Below are positions 1 through 14,298 of a DNA stretch of 64,000 nt, piece after piece. The stretch comes from the human T2T-CHM13v2.0 reference genome, Homo sapiens. Under the pieces are notes generated by a model. That model was not told where the DNA came from. It saw only the letters and a list, made by a program, of their open reading frames with translations, and ran no database searches. A program made the position numbers and the translations under genes. The stretch lies in NCBI RefSeq assembly GCF_009914755.1, contig NC_060932.1; one strand, given 5' to 3'. Positions within the stretch are counted from its first letter, which is position 1. Every line of letters begins with the position of its first letter.

Positions 1-59
1 CTAGATCTTACAACTCTTTAGTATTAAGTTGTGACTTTTAGCATTTTTGTTATATTTAA

Positions 60-430
60 TTTTTTTGGATTGAATTCTAGTTTGGCTGATAGCAGATCAC
101 ATTCCTGATTTCTTATTGTTTCCATTGACTTTAATGTTTTGTTCATCTCTTAATTTTAGATTTTCTGATTCACCTTGTTTTATGTATGTTTTTTGTATGT
201 AGCATATAGTTACATCTTGCTCTGTGTACCAAACTGAAAATCCTTTCCTTTTATTAATAGTTTAGCCCATTTTTTTACATTTATATTTAGCCCATTTATA
301 TTTATATTGATATGGTTGCAATTTTTATTTTACACTCTGACACAATAGTTTATAGTTATGTATATTTTAAGTTATTTGCTATGTTTCTCTCTCTCCCTCT
401 GCATGATGTGTCTTTTTTGCCTTTTAATAT
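60..430 (-). mobile_element. Old L1 (L1M-type) fragment
   Basis: T-rich sequence resembling antisense L1 ORF2 (e.g. TTTAGCCCATTT...ACATTTATATT); heavily diverged, boundaries approximate. Confidence 0.45.
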
Positions 431-639
431 TTTTCTAGGTATGCTTTTGTTTACCACAAAAGTGGCCAGCAGGGTAAGACCATGAGAAAACATGCATGGG
501 GATTTGGTGTTTATTCTTTTTGTTACTTACAGTTATCATGAAGTTTGGGTATTCTCTATGTTCAGCTTATGCTGAGGGCATAATTTGCATAGTTTCATTT
601 TTCTTATTATTTCTCTTTATTGCTTTTAGTTGTAGACAG

Positions 640-2352
640 GAACCCAGACAGTTGCTATCTTCCTCCATGACCTAGAATTCTGGCTTCTAGAAATCATAAG
701 AATATTTCCCACTGTAGTCTGACATGCCAAATGTAGCTGTAGCAGTAATTAAATTGGTGGGGGGATTTTAGTAATTCGGTTGACAGCTTTTGGGAAATGA
801 CATGGGCTGGATTAAAGACCATAGGAAACCCAGAAAGTTTTTATGCTGCTATACTAGTAAAACTGCCATTAATGTGGACTGTTCAAAATGCTGAAAGACA
901 TATGGAACCTCAACTTTCTACAGGCAAGAAGCAGGCTGAGAAAGTCGTTCAAAGGTATATTTTTTCATGTTCTCTTCAAAAATGGCCAAATAGGGTGATG
1001 GAAAAAGAAGAATTCCAAGAACATGGAGCCAAGGGCTGTGGAAAACAACTGACTGAGGAGCCACTCCCAGGAAGCCAAACCGGGGCATTATCAGAAAATA
1101 TTATTCATCCTAAAAATAGACCCGCCATCCAGTGGGATTGTAGAATTGCTATGTACCAGTGAGTACAATATGCCTCCTCTCTTTCCCTGTGTGAATGGCA
1201 GTGTTTATTGTGACTATTTTGCCTGATTTCGCCTGATTTCACCACTATATGATGATTCGTCTTTTAATTCATAGGCCTCTAGATGGGGACGACCCATATC
1301 TATACTTGTGGTGGAGAGTGTGTTGTTCTGCCTAGATACCCCTCAGGAATGAAGGACCTACGTTCTCATCTGCTGGGAGTGCTTGTGAAAGATAGTCCTT
1401 AGTTGTCATCCCTCCTTTGGGCATTTCCAATGGCTTATTTCCCAAGGTCATATATTCTTACAGGGACTGCTCTGATTCACGTTGGGCATGAAGTTCCAGC
1501 CCTTTATACCCAAAATTATGAGGGGCCACTCTAAGCTGTAGAATTTCTTTTGGGTTACCTGGGGCTATCTTGGAACTGAATCACAGATCAACATCTCCAT
1601 CTGTCTAATCCTTCTTTTACTGTTTTCTACAAGTGTTTGTCTCAAGAGTACTCCCAAATAATTATAGGGCGTGCTAATTTCTTTCTCAGGTTATACGTTC
1701 CAGGAAACCTAATCTGCATCAAGTCCTGATATATGTCTACCACAAGTTGCTGAATTTTAAACTTGATGCTCTGTGGGATGAGATGTTTTAGGGAGTCTTG
1801 TGAGTGTCACCACTCACTAAATATATCTCAGCATGTATGTGGGAATGAATAATTGTAGTCATGAGTAAAGACTATGGTAGATGGTAAAGATGGCTCCATT
1901 TTTTCACTGCTCCCTATATTCATGTCTTTTGCCATCTTACTTTGCAGTGTTCCTCCATTCTGACACAGTACATGGCCACGTAACTTGCTTTTTCCTAGGA
2001 GGAAGTAGAAGTGGCAGTGTGCTAATACAAACCTAAGCCTCAGAATGTCTTATATATTTGCTTTTTGTTGTTGGCTTTAGTTTTTTTTGGCTGTTTCATT
2101 TCTGCACTTCAGCCTGCTGGGAACTGGGAAATAGAAGGAATATAGCCAAGCCATCAAGATCATCCAAGCTGAGGCCAGCATCAAGGAGCTGGAAGCCTAT
2201 AAATGCAGATATATGAGCGAGCTCTGCTAACATCAGTAGTGCTCCCAACTGACTACTCCAGACGTCGTTAGAACTTACTGCTGTGTACTACTGTAGTTCA
2301 TTTTGTGGTTGTTTGTTATGCAGCATTATTATAGTAATAGAGATGGGATACA
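640..2352 (+). mobile_element. MLT1 (ERVL-MaLR) internal remnant plus 3' LTR (LTR about 1873-2352)
   Basis: 1130-1250 resembles the MLT1 internal sequence at 24250-24360 (AGAATTGCTATG.ACCAGTGA...ACCACTATATG); the LTR ends in the MLT1-typical TTGTTATGCAGCA...ATACA. Confidence 0.6.
1320..1721 (+). mobile_element. ERVL LTR (LTR16/LTR33-like) nested in the MLT1 internal region
   Basis: 3' end CTCCCAAATAA...CTCAGG...CCAGGAAACCTAATCTGCATCA resembles LTR16-family ends. Confidence 0.45.
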
Positions 2353-2822
2353 AGGGAAGAAAAAACTATGATGTGTGTGGATGCCCCCTTGGTCTATAAA
2401 GGTATAAAGATACCTAGGTGAGTAAGGTAAAGATCAGAGTGTCAGTAATATTGAGGAGAGAGGAGCACTGTGTCTGGAACAAGGCTTATGAAGAGCGGCT
2501 CAAGTGGCTGAAAAAGTTATATTTCTTAAACTGGGTTGTGTTTAGAAGGGTGGTAATCATTCATTTAGCTACACATTTTTAAATGTAGATTTTCTCTACT
2601 TATTGTATTTTATGGTGAAAAGGTTAAAATAATTTTTTAAAATTACACAATTCAAGGCTTTAACTTTATAGCAAGAGAAATATATATCCTAGAGAGGTTA
2701 AGAGGAACAAATGGAAGTTAGCAGCAGGACAAGGATTAGCATCCAGACCAAACATTATGTGAATAAATGAGAAAAATAATATCAATAAAAGGAAGTGATA
2801 TTTTCATAGAGAAGGACACAGA

Positions 2823-3115
2823 ATTGGACGTAGTGGCTGATATTTGTAATCTCAGCAGTTTGGGAGGTTGAGGTGGGAGGATCACTTGAGGCCAAGAGTT
2901 TGAGACTAGCCTGGGCCACATAGTGAGACCCTGTCTCTACAAAAAAAATTTTTAAAAATAGCTGGGTGTGGTGGCATGCAACTCTAGTCTTAGCTACTTG
3001 GGTGGCTAAGACATGAGGATTGCTTGAACACAGGAATTTGAGGTTGTAGTAGGCTGTGATCGTGCCACTGCACTTCAGCCTGGGCAACAGAACAATATCT
3101 TACATCTACAGAAAG
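2823..3115 (+). mobile_element. AluJ
   Basis: Dimeric Alu with A-rich linker; GGGAGGATCACTTGAGGCCAAGAG is J-type; highly diverged. Confidence 0.9.
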
Positions 3116-4369
3116 AGAGAGAGGGAAGGACAGAAATAATGAGCTATGGAAAATTGCACACTAAAGGTGTTAAAATGTTTTTTTATCAGGGGAGGATACG
3201 AAATCTTTTTCTGAAGTTTTCAAGAAAATCATATTTTTGAAATGATAAAATGTATCCCTGTCAAGAGGTGAGAGTTTCTATTAGGAAATGGTTGTTAAGC
3301 ATCACAATTCCGTGTCTCCCTATCTAAACACTTTCTATACCCACCAAGAAGATAGATTCACATGATCCATGTATGCAAAATCTTATTGACAGAAATGGAC
3401 TTTGACCTAGGAAATTTTCCATCCTCTCTACCCAGGCTTCCAGGGACACCATGAATGATTCTTTTAGCCTTAGATGATGTATTCAGAACCCCCTCTTTTA
3501 CATTATAAATACATGGCTCACGTTAGAAAAATTCTTGTAGTAAGCATAGGTTCTACCAGAACATGTATATCTTATTTGCTAACTGCAAATTGTACTCTAG
3601 ACAGTTATTACCAGTGGTGTTCTCAAGTCTGTCTAGTGAACGCCTCAAATACATTTTATTGACAAATGTCAGAAGTTACTGCACAAAATTGTAAAGCCGT
3701 TTGGTTCTGCAATCTGTAAGATTATTCTTCAGTAGAATCAAATATTTTACTTAAATTCTCCCCTACCTTCTATTACCTTTCCATATATTTTTATATTTTG
3801 TTAGTATCAGGGTTGAATGATATCAAACAGGAGTATCTACTAAAATTATTAGTGATTCTAAATAATTAGTGTGAATATGCAAATTCAGAAGGTTCAGTTG
3901 GTATTTTTACAGTTTACCATGACTCAGGTTAAACATCAACAGGTGTGGACTCTTAGAGTCTATGTACCTGGTCCATTTGCCCTAGGTTAAAATGAAGGAA
4001 ACAACTGATACCCCCAAAATGTGGAAGGACTTGCCCAAGCTTGTTAGGTGTTCATCCAGACCTGGAAAGAATCTACCTTATGATAGGCCAGTCCTCTTTT
4101 CAATGTACTAGTCAGGCTCTCATTAACTTTGACAGAGAAGATAAGAAAATTTATCTTTACCATTAAAATGGTGTCTTAATAAAAACGGTGTGTTTCCAGA
4201 ATTTCTCTTAGGGGAGGTTTGGGGAGAGAATATGGCAATGGAGGTGGCTTAGGTGCTTGTTTTGAAATTGCACTTAAAAGTAAGATAAGGTTTTTACTTA
4301 GATTGGGGGTGGGGTGGGGTGGAGTAGCAAAATACCTCTTGGCTTCTGCACTGATTAAGACTAATTATT

Positions 4370-4725
<356 letters not shown>

Positions 4726-5041
4726 TAGTTGTATAGACTATACACGAAGATTCAAAACATTTCTTAAAATATTCTATTTTTAGCCAGTTTGCATTTAAGT
4801 ACTTTAAAAAGGGGGCATTTCATCAGAGACAATGCTAGGTATATTTACCTTACTATATCCATGGCTCTATGTTTTCTAACACTGTGTAATTTACTCTTTT
4901 CTAATAGTATAGAAGGAGGCTATGACTCTTAAGTAGGCAGTTTGAGAAAAGAAAATATCTAAAAGCTGCTCTTTAGGGATAAACTGATAATAACAACAAA
5001 GTGTTATTAAAGAAACTCAAAGAAGTTACATATACACCTGC

Positions 5042-5395
<354 letters not shown>

Positions 5396-8300
5396 CCATA
5401 TACACTTGTTTTAAATCAACATTTCTCTGTGTGGATAAGATAGAAATTCAATGTGTATTCTCTGTGAAGCACACAAAAGGACAAGTCTTCAATTTAAAGG
5501 ATCTAATAGCCTTCGAGTCTCTTGAGAATCTAGATTAATAGAGGTTACTCAGAAAATTGCAGAACATAGGAAATCCAGCTAGTGAACCTGTAACACTTGG
5601 ATCCAAAAGCTAAAATCCTCTCATGAGGAAAAGCAAACAAAGACAAATATCCACAGATGTAATAAAATACCCATGACATAAGTATTTCCTGTTGTGTTTT
5701 TGGCTTCACAAATACAGTATGGGTTTATATATCTATCAATTATATCAACTTAAAGTGTAGATTATGGAAAAACCTACATTTATTATCACCATCCAACAGT
5801 TCCCATGTTTCCTCATGATCCTGTTACCTATAAGCATCAAAATGCAAAGCTGGCTTCCACCTGTGGAAAGTCGTCCCTGAGAGTCATTATTTTCCTTTTA
5901 ACATTGACATCATACACTTTGACCTAAATTAGGAATTAAAACACTATCAGAGCAATCGTTAAAATTTTATAAGGTAAACTTCAGTTCTTTCTTCGGAGGA
6001 TCAGAAATACTCATGTAGCCTCCATCTAAGGAATCCAAGGTGCAGGAAGCGGAATGACGTACCAGACATGACACAGCAATAAGTGGAAGGGTTTTGATGA
6101 GGATCAGTGCTTCTCTGAGTAAGGTGAGGCTGAAGAATTGAGGAGTCTCTGCCAGCCCCAATTAACTCACTTCTTTGAATTCTACTGATGGAGATTGTTC
6201 TGGGAATATCTGAGATAAAATTTATCTTTGCAATAACTGTTATTTTTAAGGAAAATTTCATGAACGAACTAACAGCAAGTACAAGATTTTGGAGACTAAC
6301 ATAATGGGTGATTATTATGGCTACTTAAGCTAACAAACTTTTAAGATAGAACAACTATTTTGCATATAAATATTAAATCAAGTGTTTTCCATTCAATTCC
6401 TAATGAGGAAGCTTTCCTACTGGCCATAGCGGATACCTAACATCACTTACTAGCTGTTTCTTTGTTACTGAACATGGCAGGAGGGGGCATGGGGGGGTGT
6501 CATGGGACTGCCTACTTTCAGAAAGTTCAGCTTTTTGTATTTCATATAACAGCAAAAGTTTACAGGACTTGGAAGTTCATATAGTATTTATATTGTGCCA
6601 AGTAGAGCTCTTAACAAGCAATTACTGTATACAAACACCTTCATTAAAAAAATGAGAATTTTAGATGACAGTCATGTGTATCATTTCTTAAAGATAACCT
6701 ACAAGGAGTCAAAGGAGTTTCTCTATTTGGCCAACACAGAACAGCTGATGAATAAATATATTCATAAGGAGAAACTGGCTGAAAAATAAAATACCAGTGC
6801 TTTGTAAAAGCAATGATGGAGGTGAGCAAATCCTAATCTTAAATGAGACATAAAAAGGACCGCACGTCAATTCAATTGTTTAATTAGAGATAATTCTCAG
6901 AAGAAAAGGGGTTAATTTTTTCAAAATAAATGATTCAATTTATGATAAGCCCTAGAGGCTTTATGCTAATTACAAGTTATTTTAAGACTTGCGGTTGTAA
7001 GCACAGTTTATGGTTACCTCTGTGAGAGCTGTTTGGATCATGAGAGCTCTACTTTATGCCTTGTTTTAGCTGCTTGAAATGAGATTTTGTTGTTGTGCAG
7101 GAACACTAATATAAAAAGCAGAATTTGTGTGTTTTGTTGGTACGCATAGATCATAACTGTGGGCCATGAGGAATGTGCAGCTGTTCTTTCATTGCACTAG
7201 GAAGGAAAATGTTTTGCTGTGTTACAAGTCTGTGTGCTTATACCTTCCTGACTTGCTCCTTTCAGAATAATTTCCCCAGAGTCAAATCCCAGGCAAGTGC
7301 AGCCTTTACATATTGAGATGGGCATAAATGCTAGCTCGAGGCTTTTTCTGAAGTTGTGAAAGGTTGACAGTACTTTACTGGTTGGCTCAAGTAAGAAATT
7401 ATGGAGGTTTTCATGTCAGAACAGCTGCACTTACATTTTCCATCCAAAACACTTACCAATTTACTCAAAATTAGGAGATAATTGAAAAGCAGTTTCATAA
7501 CATTCTGGCTTTCTAAAAGAAAATAAAATTGTTTTAAAACATGCAAATTATATTGTTAATTGCTGAGTGTTTTTTTCTCTCATAGTAGCGGTTGTGCATT
7601 CTGTCTATGCCTGCTTGGATATTTATGTTGAGTAACTACATTTGTTTTGTTTTCAGTTATAAAATGTTCTTTTACTTGAGTAAGAGCAAATTCTTCCCTT
7701 ATTTATTTTTCCAGAGATGTCATGCTCATTATGTATGCATTTGGGTGTAACTACAACAAAACAAAATGGATTTTCATAAATAAAATTTACATAGCTGAAA
7801 AGAGCACATTTTATCTCCAAGATAAGCATTGCCATCTTTTTTCTGATTGTTGCTCTGTAATTCTTCTGAACAACAAAATGAAAATAAGTCAAAATGAGAA
7901 ATCAATTCTGTCTCTTTATAAAATGTCAAATATGTATGTCAAATTCCCTAAGAACTGTAAATGGCTCTTAGTATTTTTAAAAATCCTAGATGTAATTACA
8001 TTAAGTAATTTGGTTTCCAAAGGAGTTTGAATAATTAAAAAGCACTTGCTGATTTTCTTCAGTAGACTAAAAAGTATTTTAATAATGCACAAATAGCAGA
8101 AATTGAAAAAAGACTTAAATAGAAGGATCATTTTAACTAACCAATTTATGAATTTTGAAATTTCAAGCTTATGGTGTTTATACCAAGACATGCTACCTAT
8201 TAGTTACAGGCAGATGACATTAGTGAGAAATCAGTTATATGTTAGGCTTTTAAAATTTAACTCAATTCTAAAAGCTTTCCTCTCTCTTTACATGGCTGTT

Positions 8301-11300
8301 CCATAACCATATGGGAGACATGAACTCCAGTTGACTCTGGATTACCTACGGAATTGGGGTGAGGGTTAGTATGGATAAATGAAATCCACAGATAATCTTA
8401 AGACATTTTAGCTTTCATCTCCCCAATCTCCCCTGCCTCCAAATTATTTCAGCCGCTGAGATGCAGCAAAATGTAATATGTCCTTGTTTTATTTTTTTCT
8501 CTTATGTTTCCTAGTTTTCTCGATTACTTTAACAGAAGTTTAGGGAAAACTGAGTGGTCCGTGTGTAGGCATGAGGCAAAAGGCATTGAATTTAGATCCT
8601 CATCCTTAAATAGGCATGACTGTATGAGCCATGCTGTTTTCTTGCAAACCATTTTTTTTCTTGCCCCTGACAAATTGTAACCTGCTTTCTCTGGTGAAAG
8701 CAGTTCTGACCCTTTTCCATCCCTAATAACTGCTTGGAACCTGACTAAGATAAAGGGTCCTGCTGCTGCAGACGCCAGCTTACAGGGCACAATCAGGGCT
8801 AGCATTGATTGGCAATGGTTCATTACCCATGGGGACAGCTGCCCTGTTTATCATCCTAATCTTTTTTGGACCCAATGTTTTTTGTTTTTTCACCCACTCT
8901 GTGGTAGAGCTGAGGCTGGAGGAGGCTGTGCTTGGGTTCATCTTACCAGCTGGAAAGAATGAAAACGTGACCAAACACCTGAAAAATTGCCACCTGGCCA
9001 CACAATGACTTTAATGAGACTGGCTCTCATCTCCTTCTGGGACTGCAATCACAACAAGACAATGTTTGTTAGTTTTTAATGCAATAATCAGTTCTTTTGA
9101 AGGAAAGCACTCTATGTAGGGTTAGGGGTGGCTGGGTGGCTAAAAACAAACTGTGTTTTTTAAAAAAAACATCAACTGCTGCTAAAAACCAATGTGTTCA
9201 TTGTTTTTTAAAGTCAGGACTATCATGTAAGTAGACATTGCTTTTATTTCTTTTGAAAAAGAAGAGGCTGATTCAAATCAAGAATCTCTCAGTTTATTTC
9301 TTTGTAATAATTTATACATTTATAAATTCAATCATTTCTGTATTCTTCCTGTGAAGAATTATTATAATTTATCTGGCTCTAGAGAAAAATAAGGACTTGG
9401 GTATCCAAGATTTAAACCTTCAGTATCTAAACACCAGGAGGTGCTCTAAGATAACATGAAACAACACATTTCCCCGAGATTTACGGATTCTAGTTACATG
9501 AAATTTACTGACAAAACTGTTTGCTCTGAGAGGCCCTAAACGTTCAGATTCTAAGGTATGCAGTGTAGTAGACCATCTTCTGGATCTAAAGGACTCTTTC
9601 AAGGGAGAACAGTAGCCCTGTCAAGATTTCGGGGACATTAGTAAAAATTTGCAGAGAGATGTTTTCTACATGCCTATGACCTGGAACTATCTGTGGAAGA
9701 TGGTAAACAAAGAATGTTAATACTGAGTTTGTTTTGTGTTACACAGTTTAAAATGCGGTGAGAAAGCCAGGTGAGACTATGAAATTTTGGAGCTGGTGTA
9801 TTACATTGTGCATGGATAAGTACTGTATTTGCTCTTCCAAACCAGAGATCAGGTGAAATTATGAAGACAACCTTTTCAGGTATTATATAGGGAGAAATTA
9901 AAGAGAAATTTATTTGTGTTTTTATGGATAATCAATAGGATCCTATCCTGGGGAAAGCATTCTAATAAGTAATTTAAAAAAATAAGCTTCATTGAGTTAC
10001 AATTTACATACAAGAAAATTAATACAATGAATTTTACAGTTAGAAATGCATAATTTGATGAATTTTGGCAGATGTGGATAGTCATGTAAGTACCACAAAA
10101 GTCATGATATAGAACATTTCTATCATCCAAAAAGAGTTCTTTCATGTTCCACGTCAATTAATGTCATTGCTCCACACCTTGGACCCTGGTAACTAATGAT
10201 TTGTTTTCTATTGCTATAATTTTGCCTTTTCTGGAATTTTATATTCATTTTTTTTTGTGGCCAGCTTTTTAAACTTTTCATACTGCTTTTGAGATTCACC
10301 TATGTTGTATGTATTAATAGCTGATTTCTTTTTATGACAGAGTAGTATTCCATTGTATGGATGCATTGTAATGTTATTATACATTCACAACTTGATGAAT
10401 ATTGAGTTTTTTTCCAATTTTTTGGTATTATGAATAAAGCTGCAATGAAGATCTGCATGCAAGTCTTTGTATAGACAAGTGCTTTTCCTTTTCTCTTGGG
10501 AAAATACTTGGGAATGGGATGGCTAGAACATATAGTGGGTATATTTTTAACTTTTTCAAGATACTCTTATAATATTTTTCAGAGCATTTGTACTGTCTTA
10601 CATTACCGCCAGTAGATTATAAAACTTCCAAATTCTCTGCACCTCACCAACACTTGGTATGGTCAGTCTTTTTAATTTTAGCCATTCATAGTGGTTGTAA
10701 CTTGCATTTACCTAAAGATACACTGAGAATCTTTTGTATGTGTTTGTTTTACATGCATACATTTTCTTTAAAGGAGTTTCATTCAAATATTTTGCCAAAT
10801 TTTAATTGGGCTGTGTTTTCATATTATTGAAATTTGGGGATTCTTTATATATCAGAGTACAAATGCTTTATCCAATGTAGGCTTTCCAAATATTTTCTTC
10901 TAGTTCATGGCTTGTCTTCTAATTCATTCTTTTCAAACAACAAAAGTTTTTAGTTTTGATGACATCTTCTTTATCATTGTCTTTAATGGATCATGCTTTC
11001 TGTGTTGTTGCTAAGAAATCTTGGCCTGATCCAAGGTTACATAGGTTTTCTCCAAAGTTTTGATCTAAAGGTTTTATAATTTCAGTTTTTACTTTAAGCC
11101 TGTTATTTGTGTTAATGTTATATATGGTGTAAGATAGGATTAAAACTCATTTTTTTCATATTAATTTCAAATGTTTTCAGCATCACTTGTTAAAAAAGAT
11201 TATAGTTTCCTCACTGAATTGCTTTTGCACATTTGTAAAAAAACCAGTTGTCCATATGTGTGTGCATTTATTTCTGGACACTGCAGTTAATCTAATGACC

Positions 11301-11304
11301 TATT

Positions 11305-11394
11305 TCTCCCATCCAAATATTAGCTAGGCCTGACTCTGCTTAGCTTCTGAGATCACATGAGAGCAAGTACATTTAGGGTGGTATGGTTGGAGAC
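11305..11394 (-). pseudogene. RNA5SP261: 5S rRNA retropseudogene, 3'-truncated at about nt 90, no poly(A) (probably RNA5SP261)
   Basis: Reverse complement GTCTCCAACCATACCACCCTAAATGTACTTGCTCTCATGTGATCTCAGAAGCTAAGCAGAGTCAGGCCTAGCTAATATTTGGATGGGAGA aligns to 5S rRNA nt 1-90; flanked by a 15-bp TSD. The symbol is recalled from the locus context and is less certain than the 5S call. Confidence 0.88.
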
Positions 11395-11450
11395 TATTGA
11401 CCTATTTCTTTATCTTTATACCAGTACCACTCTGTCTTAATTCCTGTAGC

Positions 11451-11623
11451 CTGGGCCAACTACATAATTTTTGGGATCTAGTATAAAATAAAAATATGGG
11501 TTCCTTTGTTAAAAGTTAAGAATGTCAAGACAGAGACAAAGAGCATTCAACCAAGCACAGAGCTCTTCTGACAGTGGGACCTTGTGCAACTACACAGGCT
11601 ACATGCCCATGAAGCCAGCCCTG
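11451..11623 (-). mobile_element. MER45A (hAT-Tip100 MITE)
   Basis: Ends ...GCCCATGAAGCCAGCCCTG, the reverse complement of the MER45A start CAGGGCCGGCTTCATGGGC; about 175 bp. Confidence 0.75.
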
Positions 11624-11892
11624 ATCACAGCATTATAATATGTCTTGAAATAAAAATCAGGCAGAGTTAGCATTTCCACTTTATTCTTCCTTTTCAAAGT
11701 TACGTTGACTAGTCCAGGATTTTTGTATTTCCATATGAATTTTAGAGCTAGTCTATTTTTTTTTTAAAACAAACCAGTGGAATTTTTATTAGGATTGCAG
11801 TAAATGTATAGATCAACTTGAGGGGGATAGATTTCTTTGCAATATTGTGTCATCAGACCAATTTAGGGCTATGTGAGTTATTTATCTTTTTT

Positions 11893-12337
11893 ATTATTAT
11901 TAAGTTGTAGGGTACATGTGCACACCGTGCAGGTTTGTTACATATGTATACATGTGCCATTTTGGTGTGCTGCACACATTAACTCATCATTTACATTAGG
12001 TATATCTCCTAATGCTATCCCTCCCCGCTCCCCCCACCCCATGACAGGCCCCGGTGTGTGAAGTTCCCCTTCCTGTGTCAAAGTGTTCTCATTGTTCAAT
12101 TCCCACCTATGAGTGAGAACATGTGGTGTTTGGTTTTTTGTCCTTGTGATAGTTTGCTGAGAATGATGGTTTCCAGCTTCATCCATGTCCCTACAAAGGA
12201 CATGAACTCATCCTTTTTTATGGCTGCATAGTATTCCATGGTATATATGTGCCACATTTTCTTAATCCAGTCTATCTTTAATGAACATTTGGGTTGGTTC
12301 CAAGTCTTTGCTATTGTGAATAGTGCCACAATGAACA
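11893..12337 (-). mobile_element. 5'-truncated L1PA 3' end
   Basis: ORF2 C-terminus ([18 protein letters not shown]...MFSLIGGN) plus L1PA 3' UTR; TSD TATTTATCTTTTTT at 11879-11892 and 12338-12351. Confidence 0.93.
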
Positions 12338-14002
12338 TATTTATCTTTTTTGAGTGAGTTTTGTAGTTGGTGTCTATTGAGGAACTGGGCCATGTCATCA
12401 ATGTTGTCAAATTTCTTGGCATAAAGTTGTGTCCTTCCTTATTCTTTTTTCATATATGTAGCATCTCTGTTAATAGCACATCTGTCATTACTGATATTGG
12501 TGATTTGTATCTTCTCTTTTCTTGATGAATTTGACTAGAGTTTTATTAATGTTATTGATTTTCTCATAGAATCATTTTTGGTTTCATGATTTTTAAAATT
12601 TAATTGATTTCTGCTCTTATTTCCTACTTACTTTTTACTTAATTTTCTCTTCTTTTCTTAGTTTCCTAAAGTGGAAACTTTCAGATTTGAACCCTTTCTT
12701 ATTTTCTAATATGGATGTTTAGTGTTACAGTTTCTCCACTAGTTATTGTGTTAGTGGCATCTACAAATATTGATGTATTATGTCTGTATTTATATTTCAT
12801 TAAAACGGTTTCTAATTTTTAAATTTCTTCTTTAATCTATGGGTTATTTAGAAGTTGTTATTTAGTCTCTAAATATTTCAGGATTTTCCAAAGGTTTTTC
12901 CCTTATTTATTTCTAATTTAATTCTATTGTGGTCAGAAAACATTTGTATAACTTAAATTCTTTTCATCTTATGGGGATTTGTTTTATCACGAAGACTCTG
13001 GTTTATTTTGGTAAATATTCCATATACATTTGAGAAGAATGTACATTCTGCTGTTCTTGTGTGGAGTGTTTTATCAATTCCATCTTGGGCAAGCTGGTTA
13101 ATGTAGGTCAATGTTGTCGAAAACTTTTATGTCTTCACTGATATACCAGCTACTTTTCAACCCACTTTTGAGAGAAGGGTACTGAAATATCCAACTGTAA
13201 TTATGGGTTTGTCTGCTCCTTATAATTCTATCAGTTTTTTCCTTATATATTTTGAAGTTGTGTTGTTAAATGCAAAAACTTTAGAATTGTTATGTCTCCT
13301 GATATATGTTGAATTCATTAACAATATGTGATGACTTCCTCTATTGTCAATAATATTCTTGGCTCTAAAATATACCTTGTCTTATATTCATTCTGGTTTT
13401 TCTTTGATTTGTATTAGAATGGTATATATTTTTTCCATCACTTTACTTTTAACCTGCACACAAGCATTTAAAATGTGTTTCCTGTGGGCTGCATATAGTT
13501 GTGCCTTGTTTTTAAATCCAATTTGACTTAGACACTATTTTCATCTAGAAATAAATTTGACAATTTATTTTAATTGAGGATGTTTAGACCATTTACATTT
13601 AATGTGATTATTGATACAGTTAAGTTTCAGTCTTTTTTCTTGTCATTTGTTTTCTGGTCCTCTGTACTTTGTTTACCCTTTGCAAATTTCCTGTCTTCTT
13701 TGGGATTTAACATTTCTTATGATTTTATTTCATTTTCTTTGCAAGTTTACTAGCTCTTACTTTTTGTTTGTTTTATTGTTTTAGTGGTTGCTTTAGAGTT
13801 TATTTTATACATATTCAAGTTATCACAGTCTACCTTCAAGTGGTATTATATCACTTAATGTGTAGTACAAGAACCTTACAATAGTATTATTTCTATTTCT
13901 TTCCTTTTATTCTTTATATTATTGATGTCATGTATTTTATTATACATATGTTATAGGTATTATAATTCATTGTTATTATTTTTGTCTAAATAGTAAATTA
14001 TC

Positions 14003-14298
14003 TTTTTTTTTTTTAATTTTGAGACAGAGTCTCACTGTGTTGCCCAGGCTGGGGTGCAGTGACACGATCTTGGCTCACTACACACCTGGCCTCCCAGGTT
14101 CAGACGATTCTTGTGCCTCAGCCTCTCCAGTAGCTGGGATTATAGGCATACACCACCACACCTGGTTAATTTTTATATTTTTATTAGAGATGGGGTTTTG
14201 CCGTGTTGGCCAGGCAGGTCTCAAACTCCTGGTTTCAAGTGATCTGCCTGCTTTGGCCTCCCAAAGTGCTGCAATTACAGGCGTCACTGCGCCTGGCC
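14003..14298 (-). mobile_element. AluS/J inserted in L1
   Basis: Antisense Alu; degenerate TSD AGT..ATTATCTTTT. Confidence 0.9.

Noticed and set aside
797-1162. 121-aa ATG-initiated ORF
   Set aside because: Lies in a decayed MLT1 internal region; no splice or domain support
4305-4322. G-rich GGGGGTGGGGTGGGGTGG
   Set aside because: Only three runs of at least G3; weak G4 candidate far from any promoter
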